Positions 45,216 to 54,732 are shown, counted from the first letter of the stretch. The stretch is 64,000 nucleotides of DNA from Lentisphaeria bacterium (GCA_041651315.1 JBAZJM010000004.1:1223-65222); one strand, 5' to 3'. Numbers and translations: made by a program. Notes: a model not told the origin generated them from the sequence alone.

Positions 45216-45377
45216 AGCTTATACCGCGTTAGGTTCACTTCTTGTCTTTTTCCCTGTAGGAACGTGGTTGCACCACGTTGTGCGACTCTGCCGTGAGGGC
45301 GCGTCACACGCGGGCGACACGCCCGTGCCTACAGGAATGCCATTAAATTAAAACGTTCACCCTAACGCTGTATAGCT
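45216..45377. repeat. Nested palindromic intergenic element of about 160 bp
   Basis: Outer imperfect inverted repeat agcttataccgcgttagg / cctaacgctgtatagct, inner cctgtagg / cctacagg, and internal hairpins AACGTGG-ttgca-CCACGTT and CGGGCG-aca-CGCCCG. Confidence 0.7.
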
Positions 45378-45412
45378 TGATTCTGGCGATGCCGGGTTGG
45401 GCGCTATCGCCT

Positions 45413-46438
45413 TCAGGCATCCGGGCCGGCCGGCGGCACGGCCAGGCAACGGTTCACCCCTTCGGCGCCGGAGACAATCGGGGCGTACCCGAAATCGGCC
45501 TGGGCGCGGGTGTGGCGGAAAAAGTGATCCATGCCGAGCTGGGCGGCGGTGAAACGGGTGAGCCACGGCTCGCCCAAGGCCGGCACCAGGCGATACACCC
45601 TTTCCAAAACGGCGCCGACCCGCATCGCCGTCCCCAGGGAAAGGTGGTGCCGCACCGGCGGCCGGTGCAGCCGTTTCAGCAGATTGCCAATCCAGTCCCA
45701 CAGACAAACCGGTTCGGCGTCGCCGATGAAATAGGCGCCACCGGCCGGCGGCGCACCGGGATCGGCCAGCGCCTCCAGGGCCAGCAGATGAGCCCAGGCG
45801 GCGTTGTCCACATAGGTGATGTCCACCCGGTTGACACCGGCGCCGATACGCCACAGCCGGCCGCGGCGGGACAGCTCCACGATGCGGGGCAGCAGATGCG
45901 GGTCGCCGGGACCGAAAATCAGGTGCGGGCGCAGGGCGCAGGTGGCCAGGCGCCGGCCGGGATGGGCGGCCATGGGCGTGCCGTTGGCGGCCAGGACGCA
46001 CTGTTCGGCCGCCGCCTTGGACATGGCATAGGGCGCCAGGTGCCGCCGGGGATAGGGCAGCGTTTCGTCGGCCCCGGCCAGGGGACGGCCGCCAAACACC
46101 ACGCTGGGCGAGCTGGTGAAGAGCAGCCGGGACACGCCCTGGCGGAGGCACGCACGGATGACCTCCTCCGTTCCCTGGACATTGGTCCGGTGGTAAAGCG
46201 CGTCCCGGCCCCAGACGCCGGCCAGGGCCGCGGCATGCACCACGGCGTCACGCCCGGCGCAGGCGGTGTCCAGGGCGGCCGGTTCGAGCAGGTCACCGGT
46301 CAGGCAGGCAAAGCCGGCCCGCTCCAAGTCGGGATAGGGGCGGCGGCCGAACACGGCAACGTCATGGCCGCGGCTGCGCAGCATCGCTGCCACGCGCCGC
46401 CCCAAAAACCCGCCTCCTCCGGTGATCAAAACGCGCAT
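45413..46438 (-). CDS. NAD-dependent epimerase/dehydratase (3-beta-HSD-like SDR)
   Basis: MRVLITGGGGFLGRRV Rossmann motif and the YAMSK catalytic YxxxK. The start at 46438 is one nt downstream of the leuA stop codon. Confidence 0.8.
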   Translation of the reverse strand: MRVLITGGGGFLGRRVAAMLRSRGHDVAVFGRRPYPDLERAGFACLTGDLLEPAALDTACAGRDAVVHAAALAGVWGRDALYHRTNVQGTEEVIRACLRQGVSRLLFTSSPSVVFGGRPLAGADETLPYPRRHLAPYAMSKAAAEQCVLAANGTPMAAHPGRRLATCALRPHLIFGPGDPHLLPRIVELSRRGRLWRIGAGVNRVDITYVDNAAWAHLLALEALADPGAPPAGGAYFIGDAEPVCLWDWIGNLLKRLHRPPVRHHLSLGTAMRVGAVLERVYRLVPALGEPWLTRFTAAQLGMDHFFRHTRAQADFGYAPIVSGAEGVNRCLAVPPAGPDA

Positions 46439-46439
46439 G

Positions 46440-48125
46440 TCAGCCGCCAGTCGTCTCCAGTAGCCCGTTGAGAGCCGAAACCACCGCCCGCACCGCCGCC
46501 TGGTCAATATTGCCGCCAAAGCCGATGCCCCGGCAGGAATGTCCCTGGTCGTCCTGCAGCCGGACAAAGGTCACCGCCTCGGCATCATCGCTTTGGCCGA
46601 TCGCGTCTTCCTCGTATTCCGTCAGCGTGAAATCAAAGGGCAGCGGCAACTGGCGGACCGCGCGGACAAAGGCGGCGATCGGGCCGTCCGCCTCGGCGGT
46701 CAGCAGATGCGGCTTGCCGTGGAATTCCAGGCGCACTTCACCGGCGATCCGGGTCGGATCGTCGGCATTGGGGCGCGGCCAGTACTTCTGCAGCTGGATG
46801 GCGCCGTCCGCCCGCAGATACTGCCGCCGCAACAGGTCCCAAATCTCGTCCCCGGACACCTCGCGCGCCACGGAGTCGGCATATTTTTGCACCATTCCGC
46901 TGAACTCCAGCAACAACGGCCGCGGCAACTGGATGCCGTGTTCCTTCTGCAGGATGAAGGCGATGCCGCCCTTGCCCGACTGACTGTTGATGCGGATGAA
47001 TTTCTCGAACTGCCGTCCAAGGTCGCTGGGATTGATGTGGAGATAGGGAATCTTCCAGCCCTTGAAGTGGCGGGACAATTCGTCGATTTCCGACAAGCCC
47101 TTGTGGATCGCGTCCTGGTGCGAACCGGAAAAGGCGGTGAACACCAGTTCGCCGGCGTAGGGATGGCGCGGATGCACCGGCATGGCGGTGAGTTCGGCCA
47201 GCTCGTCCCGCAACGTCTCGATCTGGGTGAACTGCAGGCCGGTGTCCACCCCGAGATACTGCAGGTTGAGCGCCAGGGTGATGAGGTCGACATTGCCGCA
47301 CCGCTCGCCATGGCCGAACAGGGTGCCCTCAACCCGCTCGCCGCCGGCCAGCAACGCCAACTCCGTGGCGGCCACCGCCGTGCCCATGTCGTTGTGGGCA
47401 TGCAGCGAGATGATGCTACGGGCCCCGTGACGCTGGCGGCGGCGGAACTCCTCGATCATGTCGGCGTACTCATTGGGCAGGCGGCGCTCCACGGTGGCGG
47501 GCAGGTTGAGAATGACCTTTTCCCCCGGCGCCGGATCCCAGGCCTCGACCACCGCGTCGCAAAGGGCGACGGTGAAGTCAAGGTCGCTGTCGGTGAACTC
47601 CTCGGGGGAGAACTCCAGCAACACCTGGCTGTCCGGAAGCTGTTCGCGGCAGAGCTGCCGCGTCAGCCGCACCGACTCCAGCACCATGGCCTGCGTTTCC
47701 GCCGGCGTCTTGCCAAAGACATAGCGCATGTGCAGTTCACTGGTCGCCGCATACAGATGGAAAATGGCCCGGCGCACGCCGACCAAGGATTCCACGGTGC
47801 GGCGGATCAGATGCTCGCGCGACTGGGTGAGCACCGAGATCGTCACATCCTCCGGGATGAGCCGGTCGGTGATCAGGGCCCGGCAAAAGTTGAAATCGTC
47901 AGCGGAGGCGGAGGGAAAGCCCACCTCGACCTCCTTGAAGCCGATCTGGCAGAGCAGCTCGAAATAACGGCGCTTGCGGGCCGGCGTCATCGGATCCGGC
48001 AGCGCCTGGTTGCCGTCACGCAGATCCACCGCGCACCAGTCCGGGCGGCGGGTAAGCGTCTTCCCCGGCCAGTCGCGCTGGCGGATGGTGATCGGGGACG
48101 GGGCGGCGTAGCGCGGGGCACTCAT
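46440..48125 (-). CDS. leuA: 2-isopropylmalate synthase (long form)
   Basis: WCAVDLRDGNQA, HAHNDMGTAVA and a C-terminal LeuA allosteric domain. The alternative start is 48140. Confidence 0.9.
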   Translation of the reverse strand: MSAPRYAAPSPITIRQRDWPGKTLTRRPDWCAVDLRDGNQALPDPMTPARKRRYFELLCQIGFKEVEVGFPSASADDFNFCRALITDRLIPEDVTISVLTQSREHLIRRTVESLVGVRRAIFHLYAATSELHMRYVFGKTPAETQAMVLESVRLTRQLCREQLPDSQVLLEFSPEEFTDSDLDFTVALCDAVVEAWDPAPGEKVILNLPATVERRLPNEYADMIEEFRRRQRHGARSIISLHAHNDMGTAVAATELALLAGGERVEGTLFGHGERCGNVDLITLALNLQYLGVDTGLQFTQIETLRDELAELTAMPVHPRHPYAGELVFTAFSGSHQDAIHKGLSEIDELSRHFKGWKIPYLHINPSDLGRQFEKFIRINSQSGKGGIAFILQKEHGIQLPRPLLLEFSGMVQKYADSVAREVSGDEIWDLLRRQYLRADGAIQLQKYWPRPNADDPTRIAGEVRLEFHGKPHLLTAEADGPIAAFVRAVRQLPLPFDFTLTEYEEDAIGQSDDAEAVTFVRLQDDQGHSCRGIGFGGNIDQAAVRAVVSALNGLLETTGG

Positions 48126-48280
48126 GCTGGGCTTCTCCAAGACCCCCGGACGCGGCAGCCGCGCCGGGGAAAATCACTGTTCACACCTTCAAAAACAAAA
48201 CAACCCGCAACCGGAGTGCGGCTGCAGGCTGGTTGACCGGAATGTCCGTCTGTCGTCACCGTTTCAGGCAACGCCGCCTG

Positions 48281-48352
48281 TCACCGCACGCCCTCCCGCA
48301 ACCGCGGGAGCAACGGCAGCCGCAACAGCAGCATGGCCTGTAAAATCCTCAT
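48281..48352 (-). promoter_or_regulatory. Candidate Leu-rich leader peptide ORF (23 codons, 8 Leu) upstream of leuA
   Basis: Hand translation gives MRILQAMLLLRLPLLPRLREGVR-stop. A U-rich tract (+ strand 48191-48203) and complementary segments lie downstream, before the leuA start. Confidence 0.35.
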
Positions 48353-48565
48353 CTGCAATCATCCCTGGGGCGTACCTGCAAAACCCAAAAATCACGACTA
48401 AATCCAAAGATTACTATAACGCGACCCCACCACCGCGCAAACACCCCCCGTCAGCGGGCGCATGTCCGCTTCCCTCTTCTGTAGCGGCGCCTGTGCCAGG
48501 CGCCCCCACATGACCACTCCCCACGCGGCTGGCACAGCCGCGGCTACAGCGGAACACCCCCGCTT

Positions 48566-48857
48566 CGCGGGGTTGCACCCCGCGCCTGGAGTTTGGCACA
48601 AGTACGGGTTTTGGAGGTAGCTTCGTCCCGGAGGGACTGAATGACAATAGGCAGGGGCTTCAGCCCCTGCTCCGGAAAATAAAAAGATGGCGTGCCGTAG
48701 GTACGCCGCGATTCGCCGCGTACCTGACGGCACGCGAAACGGGGGGGGCAAAACACAGGGGCTGAAGCCCCTGCCTATTCCCGCCCCGTCCCGCTGGGAC
48801 GGGAAAACCGCCCCCGTTGAGTTCTGCCAAACTCCAATCGCGGGGTTGCACCCCGCG
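48566..48857. mobile_element. MITE-like nested palindromic element, copy 2 (TIRs at 48585-48598 and 48825-48836), bracketed by two copies of the 19-bp palindrome CGCGGGGTTGCACCCCGCG
   Basis: The core is near-identical to copy 1 (15150-15360). The flanking palindromes are at 48566-48584 and 48839-48857. Confidence 0.7.
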
Positions 48858-49061
48858 GAGAGGCGTGGCCGGTCAGGGAGTTGCCAACCGGATCACCAAG
48901 AAATCCCGACGGAAGTGACAGGCGCCCCGCCGCCCAACGGGTATGGACAGAACCCGCCAGTGCCACTAGATTACAGCTTTAACGCCCGCGCCTGAAACAT
49001 CAGGACTGCAACCGGGCGGCCGTGGAAACCATCACCTGTTCGGGAGGCGCGTCACCCCATT

Positions 49062-50150
49062 ATGGACAAAAAAATCTTCAATTTCCACCCCGGCCCGGCC
49101 ATCCTGCCCCATGAAGTCATGGTCAAGGCCCAGGCCGAATTCGTCAATTTCCGCGGCCTCGGCTACGGCCTGATGGAGGAAAGCCATCGCAGCCCGGTGT
49201 TCATGGAAGTGGCCAAACAGGCCGAGGCCAACATCCGCGAGCTGATGGGCATTCCCGACACCCATGCCGTGCTGTTTTTGCAGGGCGGCGCCAGCCTCCA
49301 GTTCGCCATGGTCCCGATGAACCTCGGCATCCCCGGCAAGGCGATGCTCTACGCCGACACCGGCTACTGGGCCGGCCGCGCCATCAAGGAAGCCAAGCTG
49401 TTCGGCGAGGTCAAGCTCGTCTACGAGGGCAAGAAGAGCAACTACGCCCATATCGGCGACCCGCATGATTGGAGCTTTGACCAGGACGCCGCCTACGCCT
49501 ACATCTGCACCAACAACACCATCTACGGCTCCCAGTACCACTTTTTCCCCGAGACCGGCGCCCTGCCCCTGGTTGCCGACATGTCCAGCGACATCATGTC
49601 GCGCCCGGTTGACATGAGCAAGTTCGCCATCATCTTCGCCGGCGCCCAAAAGAACCTCGGCCCCTCGGGCGTCACCCTGGCCATTGTCCGCAAGGATCTG
49701 ATCGCCCGCTGCCCGGCGACCGTCCCGACCATGCTCAAGTACAGCACCCACATCGAAAACGACTCGATGTACAACACCCCGCCGACCTTCGGCATCTACA
49801 TCATCGGCCTGGTCACCGAGTGGATCAAGCAGCAGGGCGGCCTCGAAGGCATGGACCGGCTCAACACCGCCAAGTCCAGCGCCCTCTACCAGGCCATCGA
49901 CGCCTCCAACGGCTATTTCCGCGGCACGGTTGACGCCGGTGACCGCTCCAAGATGAACATCACCTTCCGCCTGCCCTCCGAGGAACTGGAAGGCAAGTTC
50001 TGCAAGGAAGCCACGGCCGCCGGCCTGATCGGCCTCAAGGGACACCGCGCCGTCGGCGGCGTCCGCGCCAGCATCTACAACGCCATGCCGCTCGAAGGCG
50101 TGGAGCGTCTGGTGGACTTCATGCACGCCTTCCAGGCGAAGAACGGCTGA
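49062..50150 (+). CDS. serC: Phosphoserine aminotransferase
   Basis: 362 aa. FNFHPGPAILPHEV, the PLP-Lys region FAGAQKNLGPSG and an overall SerC layout. Confidence 0.9.
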   Translation: MDKKIFNFHPGPAILPHEVMVKAQAEFVNFRGLGYGLMEESHRSPVFMEVAKQAEANIRELMGIPDTHAVLFLQGGASLQFAMVPMNLGIPGKAMLYADTGYWAGRAIKEAKLFGEVKLVYEGKKSNYAHIGDPHDWSFDQDAAYAYICTNNTIYGSQYHFFPETGALPLVADMSSDIMSRPVDMSKFAIIFAGAQKNLGPSGVTLAIVRKDLIARCPATVPTMLKYSTHIENDSMYNTPPTFGIYIIGLVTEWIKQQGGLEGMDRLNTAKSSALYQAIDASNGYFRGTVDAGDRSKMNITFRLPSEELEGKFCKEATAAGLIGLKGHRAVGGVRASIYNAMPLEGVERLVDFMHAFQAKNG

Positions 50151-50181
50151 TCCCGCCGTTCCGCAGACACCACCCGCAACT

Positions 50182-50226
50182 GGCGGGGTGCGTCACCGCA
50201 AACCGGTGACGGCCCCGCCGTTTTAT
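50182..50226 (+). terminator. Intrinsic terminator downstream of serC
   Basis: GGCGGGG-tg-CGTCACCG-caaac-CGGTGACG-g-CCCCGCC, 15 paired positions, followed by gTTTTATT. Confidence 0.7.
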
Positions 50227-51026
50227 TGCCCCCCGGAGAGGCGGGCCAGCTGGCGGTCAAAGAACGCCAGGGCGCGCCGATCCCACGCCGGCGAATCGTG
50301 GTCGCCGCCGGAGATTTCCACATATTCGAACGCCGGCCGGTCGGCCATGGCGGCGGCCAGTTGTCGCGCCTGTTCGACCGGGATCAGGGCGTCTGCGCCG
50401 CCGTGGGCGAAGAAGACCGGCATGGTCAGCCGGGCACACTGCCGGAGCGTCGAGTGCCGCTGGAACAGCTCCGGGGCGGCGGCCGGCGTGGCGCCATAGG
50501 CAGTGACGATGGCGTCGCCGATCTCGCGCTGGACCGAGCCGGCGGGGTGGGACTGGCACCAGGCATGGTAGCTGGCGAGGTCGGTGGCGGCGCCCAGGGC
50601 GACGCACGCCGCCACGTCCTCCGGGTGCAGGGCCGCGTACAGCAGGTTGCTGGTGCCGCCCATGGAACCGCTGAAGAGAATAAAGTGATGCGCGCCGTGC
50701 GAACTCCGCAGCCAGGCCAGCAGGGCGCACAGGTCCGTGGCGGCGGCCGGCGACATCCAGGCGTTGTCGCGCAGGTTCGGGGTGACGATGCCGGCGCCGC
50801 CGGCCAGCAACGTTGGCAGCCAGGCGTCGCGAATGTCGGCACGGGTGAACAATTGGTCGCCATGGCTGCCGTGGCCATGGATCATCACCACCCAAATCGG
50901 CAGCGTCCCCGGGCAGACCACCGCCCAGTCCGCGGTGCCGTCCACGGCGCTGCGATAATCCAGGCGGTACGCACCCGCCGGCGCTCCCGGCGGCACCGCC
51001 GCCGAGCGGTCGAGAATTTCAAGCAT
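50223..51026 (-). CDS. Alpha/beta-hydrolase fold protein (esterase/peptidase-like)
   Basis: Nucleophile elbow FSGSMGG and a late HGGAD...His region. The start is taken at MLEILDR (51026). Confidence 0.7.
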   Translation of the reverse strand: MLEILDRSAAVPPGAPAGAYRLDYRSAVDGTADWAVVCPGTLPIWVVMIHGHGSHGDQLFTRADIRDAWLPTLLAGGAGIVTPNLRDNAWMSPAAATDLCALLAWLRSSHGAHHFILFSGSMGGTSNLLYAALHPEDVAACVALGAATDLASYHAWCQSHPAGSVQREIGDAIVTAYGATPAAAPELFQRHSTLRQCARLTMPVFFAHGGADALIPVEQARQLAAAMADRPAFEYVEISGGDHDSPAWDRRALAFFDRQLARLSGGQ

Positions 51027-51117
51027 GGTAATTCCTTTGCCAGTTTTTAATCTCGGTGTGAGTCCCTCCATCAGACAGTATTTCCTTTCGTGTCGTCGTG
51101 TGAGTTAAATCATCGAC

Positions 51118-51396
51118 ATTCATGAACGGTTACGTTTTCTGCCTGCCTTGTCCCCAAGGGGGACTGACATGTCAGCCCAGGGGCGAATGACCCTGGGGAA
51201 ATCAGCATCAACCGCATTCGTCCCTGAAGGGGACGTACACGTTCACGTGTTGATGGGAGATGGTCGAATGAGGAAAAATACATCTTCATGTAGCACCCCT
51301 ACAGGGTGCAAATCGGGTTGGGATTTTTTTCATGCCCCAGGGTTGTCCAACCCTGGGCTGGACACGTGTGTCGCCGTTGGCGACAAAAGTTCATGA
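51118..51396. repeat. Array of at least 8 different short perfect hairpins, bounded by TTCATGAA palindromes
   Basis: GTCCCC-aag-GGGGAC, TGACATGTCA, CCCAGGG-n8-CCCTGGG, GTCCC-tgaag-GGGAC, ACACG-ttca-CGTGT, CACCC-ctaca-GGGTG, CCCAGGGTTG-tc-CAACCCTGGG and GTCGCC-gtt-GGCGAC. Confidence 0.7.
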
Positions 51397-51406
51397 ATAA
51401 CCCAGG

Positions 51407-53032
51407 TTACGGCGTCAGGCTGTAGGTGGCGAGGATGCGTTTCAGGTTGCCGCCGAGGATGAGCGCCTTGTCCGCCTCGCTGAGCCGGGCGAAGAGAATG
51501 GGCCCGAGCCCCCAGGCAATAGGCAGGTCCTGGAGGTCGGAGCCGAACAGCAGTTTGTCGGCGCCGATGGTTGCCACCAGCCGCTCGCAATGGCGCGGAC
51601 CGTCCCACAGCGGGCAGGAACAGATGAACAGGTTGTCCCGTTTTTTGACGACCTCGGCGTAATCCTCAAAGGTATGGCCGTTGATGAAGCAGGCGTTGGG
51701 GTACTGGGCGGTGAGCCGGTCAATGGGGCCGTTGCCGGGGCCCCAGGAATGGTTGAGAATGATCTGCCGGCGGTCATGGGCCCACTGACAGGCGACGTCG
51801 AGCAGGGGGCCGTCGGCCGGGTACCCCTGGTAGTGGGGGATAAGCTTGATGCCGCGCAGGCCGCGCCTGGCGCCGCGTTCGAGTTCGCGCAGCATGGCGT
51901 CGCGCCCGCGGTGGGGATTCACCAGGGTGAAGCCGACGAAACGGTCCGGGTACCGCTGCACGGCGTCGGCAATAATGTCGTTGCCGTGGGTTTCATCGCT
52001 GAACACGCCGGCAATGGTGAACACGCAGATCTTTTCCACCCCCTGCCGATCCATTTCTTTGACCGTGGCGTCCAGGCCGCCATCCACGACATGGTAATGG
52101 TTGCATTTGCCGCCAAGGTGGCCGTGGCAGTCCCAAAAGCGGAGGTCGGGCGGCACAGGAGCGCCGCGGCCGATGGCAACATAGCGGTCGGCCGGGGGCA
52201 TGGGCTTGACTTCCGGGTTGACCACCGGTGGCGACCACGACAGCAAATGCCGCAGGTTGTCGCCGGCAATGAGCTGCCGGTCGGTGTCGGCGATCTCCGC
52301 ACGGGCCAGGGTGGCCAGGGTCTGCCCCATGGGGTAATGCGGCCAGTTGGAGCCGTAGACCAAGCGGCGGGCGCCCCAGTGTTGGGTGATGAATTCGATG
52401 CCGCGGTGGAGGAAATATCCGCTCAATTCGACATGCAAGTTTTCGCAGGCCTCCAAAGCGCGGTAGACGAGCCGCTGGCTGCGGCGGATGCGGGTCTCGG
52501 TGACGATCACCGGCAAGGTCGGCCACCGCCGGCACAGGGCCACCACGGCCTCCCAATCGGTCTGGTCGGCGAGAAACTCGGCCGTTCCATCGTGCCCCAC
52601 GGGGGCCACGTCGTCGTTGCAGATGAAGACCGGCACCCGTGCGGCCGCCAGCGGTTCCAAGAGCGCGTCGATGCACCAGGCGCTGAGGTTGTACCGGTAG
52701 CGGGCCGGCAGCAGGTGGACGGCACCGACCCGGTTCCGCCGCAGCATGGCCAGCCATTCCTCCCCGGCCGGCTGCTCGTCCGGGGCGCCGGGGGGCAGCG
52801 CGGCCCAGGCGGCATGCAGGCGCGGGTGCGGTTTCACCGTTTCCAGGATGCGGGCGTTGCCGTCGGCCGGATGGTTTTCCCGGGACAGCGTGTCCAGGAC
52901 CAGCGCCTCCGCGACGCCGCAGTGGTCGAGGTCGGCGAGCAGGTCGGCGGCGGTGTGCGGATCGCCTTCCCGCAGCTTGAGGTGCCGGCCGGTGCAGCAG
53001 GTGGCGTCAAAAATATTGAGGAATGGCTTCAT
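51407..53032 (-). CDS. Amidohydrolase_2-type (TIM-barrel metal hydrolase) protein, apparently a tandem duplication of the domain
   Basis: The second half has FWDCHGHLGG...GIKLIPHYQG...LLFGSDLQDLP. The first half has a weaker copy (RLVYGSNWPHYP). Confidence 0.65.
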   Translation of the reverse strand: MKPFLNIFDATCCTGRHLKLREGDPHTAADLLADLDHCGVAEALVLDTLSRENHPADGNARILETVKPHPRLHAAWAALPPGAPDEQPAGEEWLAMLRRNRVGAVHLLPARYRYNLSAWCIDALLEPLAAARVPVFICNDDVAPVGHDGTAEFLADQTDWEAVVALCRRWPTLPVIVTETRIRRSQRLVYRALEACENLHVELSGYFLHRGIEFITQHWGARRLVYGSNWPHYPMGQTLATLARAEIADTDRQLIAGDNLRHLLSWSPPVVNPEVKPMPPADRYVAIGRGAPVPPDLRFWDCHGHLGGKCNHYHVVDGGLDATVKEMDRQGVEKICVFTIAGVFSDETHGNDIIADAVQRYPDRFVGFTLVNPHRGRDAMLRELERGARRGLRGIKLIPHYQGYPADGPLLDVACQWAHDRRQIILNHSWGPGNGPIDRLTAQYPNACFINGHTFEDYAEVVKKRDNLFICSCPLWDGPRHCERLVATIGADKLLFGSDLQDLPIAWGLGPILFARLSEADKALILGGNLKRILATYSLTP

Positions 53033-53042
53033 GACGGGCCTC

Positions 53043-54701
53043 TCATGATTGGCGGCACTCGGCGACCACGAGGCCGCCGGGAGCCAGGTTGAACGTCAGG
53101 GTGTTGCCGGCGAGGGTGGCGGCGGAACTGGTGCCATGGGCGTGAAGGATGCGGATCGCCTTCACGGTGAAGTGGTTCGGAACCACGCGCATGTGCCTGG
53201 CCTGGGCCGGGTCGAGGATGCTGCCCGTGTGATGAACGTCGCCGCGCCTGACCCCGTAGGGATTGTAGACGGCCAGGATCCAGGCGCCGTCGGTTTTTCG
53301 GTAATTGACCTGCATCGGCAAGTCGCCGTCCTTGGCAAACGGGGCGTGGGCCAGGATGGTTTCGATCACGGCTTCTGCCCGTGTGTGCTCATCTATCGTG
53401 AGGCAGGCCGCATATTGCCCCAGGAGTGTCGGCGGCGCATCATGGGGCACGATGTCGTAAACATCGGGCAGCCGGGTGGGCGCGGCACCGGCGGTTTCTT
53501 CCGGAGCGGGGGCGGTGGAGGCGAAAATGGCCGCGCGAACGGCGGCCCAGGCGCGGTCGATGGGCCGGGCCGGGTACCACCGGCGGACGGTCGCATCCAG
53601 GTTCTTCAGGTCGGTGGGCGGACAGAGGGCGGCATTGAGCAGCAAGGCGACCGGCGTGTGCGGCTGTCCGCAGTCGGGATTGGCTTCGACAAAGTCGAGA
53701 AATTCCCGGGTGACCCGCCCGTAAGAGCTCAGTTCCGCCTCATCCCAAGAGCGCAAGTTGCATTCGGCACCCCACTCCTCGTACAGGCAGTTGGCCCCGG
53801 CCAGGTAGGCATGGAAGAAGTGGTGCCGCTGGTTGGCGCTGGAGGGGCCGTGGTCGGGCGACGGCAGCCAGTTGGGGTCGGTGGTGAAATAGGCGGGCGG
53901 CGCGCACCAGCTGTTTTCCTCCAGCGGGATCATGGAGGTGCAGCCCTTGGGGCCCCACGGCGCGTAGAAGACACCCCACGGCTTGCCGTGGGCGCGGGCC
54001 GCCCCGCGCAGGGCCGCCGTTCCGAACTGGATGTCCGGGCCGGCCCAGGGGCCGACCTCAAACATGCACCAGCCGGCACCGTTCCGGTAAAAATGCGTCC
54101 AGGCCAGTTCGCCGTAACAGCTGCCTTCGCAGTAGACGCCGTGGTTCGCGGTCTCCGCGAGTTTGCGCTGGAAGAGCTGGTCGGTTTCCCGCCACATGGC
54201 CTCCAGGCTGTCCGGGAAACTCCGGCCCGCGTACCAGTCCCATTCATATTCCAGGGCGCCAAATGCCAGGGGGCGCGGGAATTTCGGGTGGTCGAGCACG
54301 GCGCGGTCAACCGGCCGGTGCCGGTATTCCGGTGAGAAGGTCAGGAACCGCTGCCAGTCGTTGTCGGTGTTGCAGGCGGTTTCGTGGATTTGGAATCCCA
54401 GGAAGCGCGGCCCGAGCAGCGCGGCGTACTCCGCCATGAGTCCCCGGTCATAGGTGTAACCGGCCAGGAACTGCGCGCCGCCGCACAAGCGGTCAATGAC
54501 CAGCGGGCGTTTCTCCCCGGCCAGCCGCCGGAACAGCGCGCCGTCTTGGGCCGCCGTGTGGTTGAAGCGGTGCGTGTCGTCGCCCCACATCGTGTTGACC
54601 AGCCGGATGCCGGTGAACGGCCGGACCAGCCCTGCCCGTTCAATGGCGTCATAATACCGGCCCGTCGTCTCGTAGGAATGGAGAAAAGAAAAGTGAGACA
54701 T
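53043..54701 (-). CDS. Hypothetical cytoplasmic protein (552 aa); no family recognised
   Basis: Long ORF co-directional with and tightly packed against its neighbours. Start at ATG 54701 (MSHFSFLHSYE), with an AAGGG stretch upstream. Confidence 0.5.
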   Translation of the reverse strand: MSHFSFLHSYETTGRYYDAIERAGLVRPFTGIRLVNTMWGDDTHRFNHTAAQDGALFRRLAGEKRPLVIDRLCGGAQFLAGYTYDRGLMAEYAALLGPRFLGFQIHETACNTDNDWQRFLTFSPEYRHRPVDRAVLDHPKFPRPLAFGALEYEWDWYAGRSFPDSLEAMWRETDQLFQRKLAETANHGVYCEGSCYGELAWTHFYRNGAGWCMFEVGPWAGPDIQFGTAALRGAARAHGKPWGVFYAPWGPKGCTSMIPLEENSWCAPPAYFTTDPNWLPSPDHGPSSANQRHHFFHAYLAGANCLYEEWGAECNLRSWDEAELSSYGRVTREFLDFVEANPDCGQPHTPVALLLNAALCPPTDLKNLDATVRRWYPARPIDRAWAAVRAAIFASTAPAPEETAGAAPTRLPDVYDIVPHDAPPTLLGQYAACLTIDEHTRAEAVIETILAHAPFAKDGDLPMQVNYRKTDGAWILAVYNPYGVRRGDVHHTGSILDPAQARHMRVVPNHFTVKAIRILHAHGTSSAATLAGNTLTFNLAPGGLVVAECRQS

Positions 54702-54732
54702 TCTGTGGCCGCCCTTTGTTGGGACATTAGCC

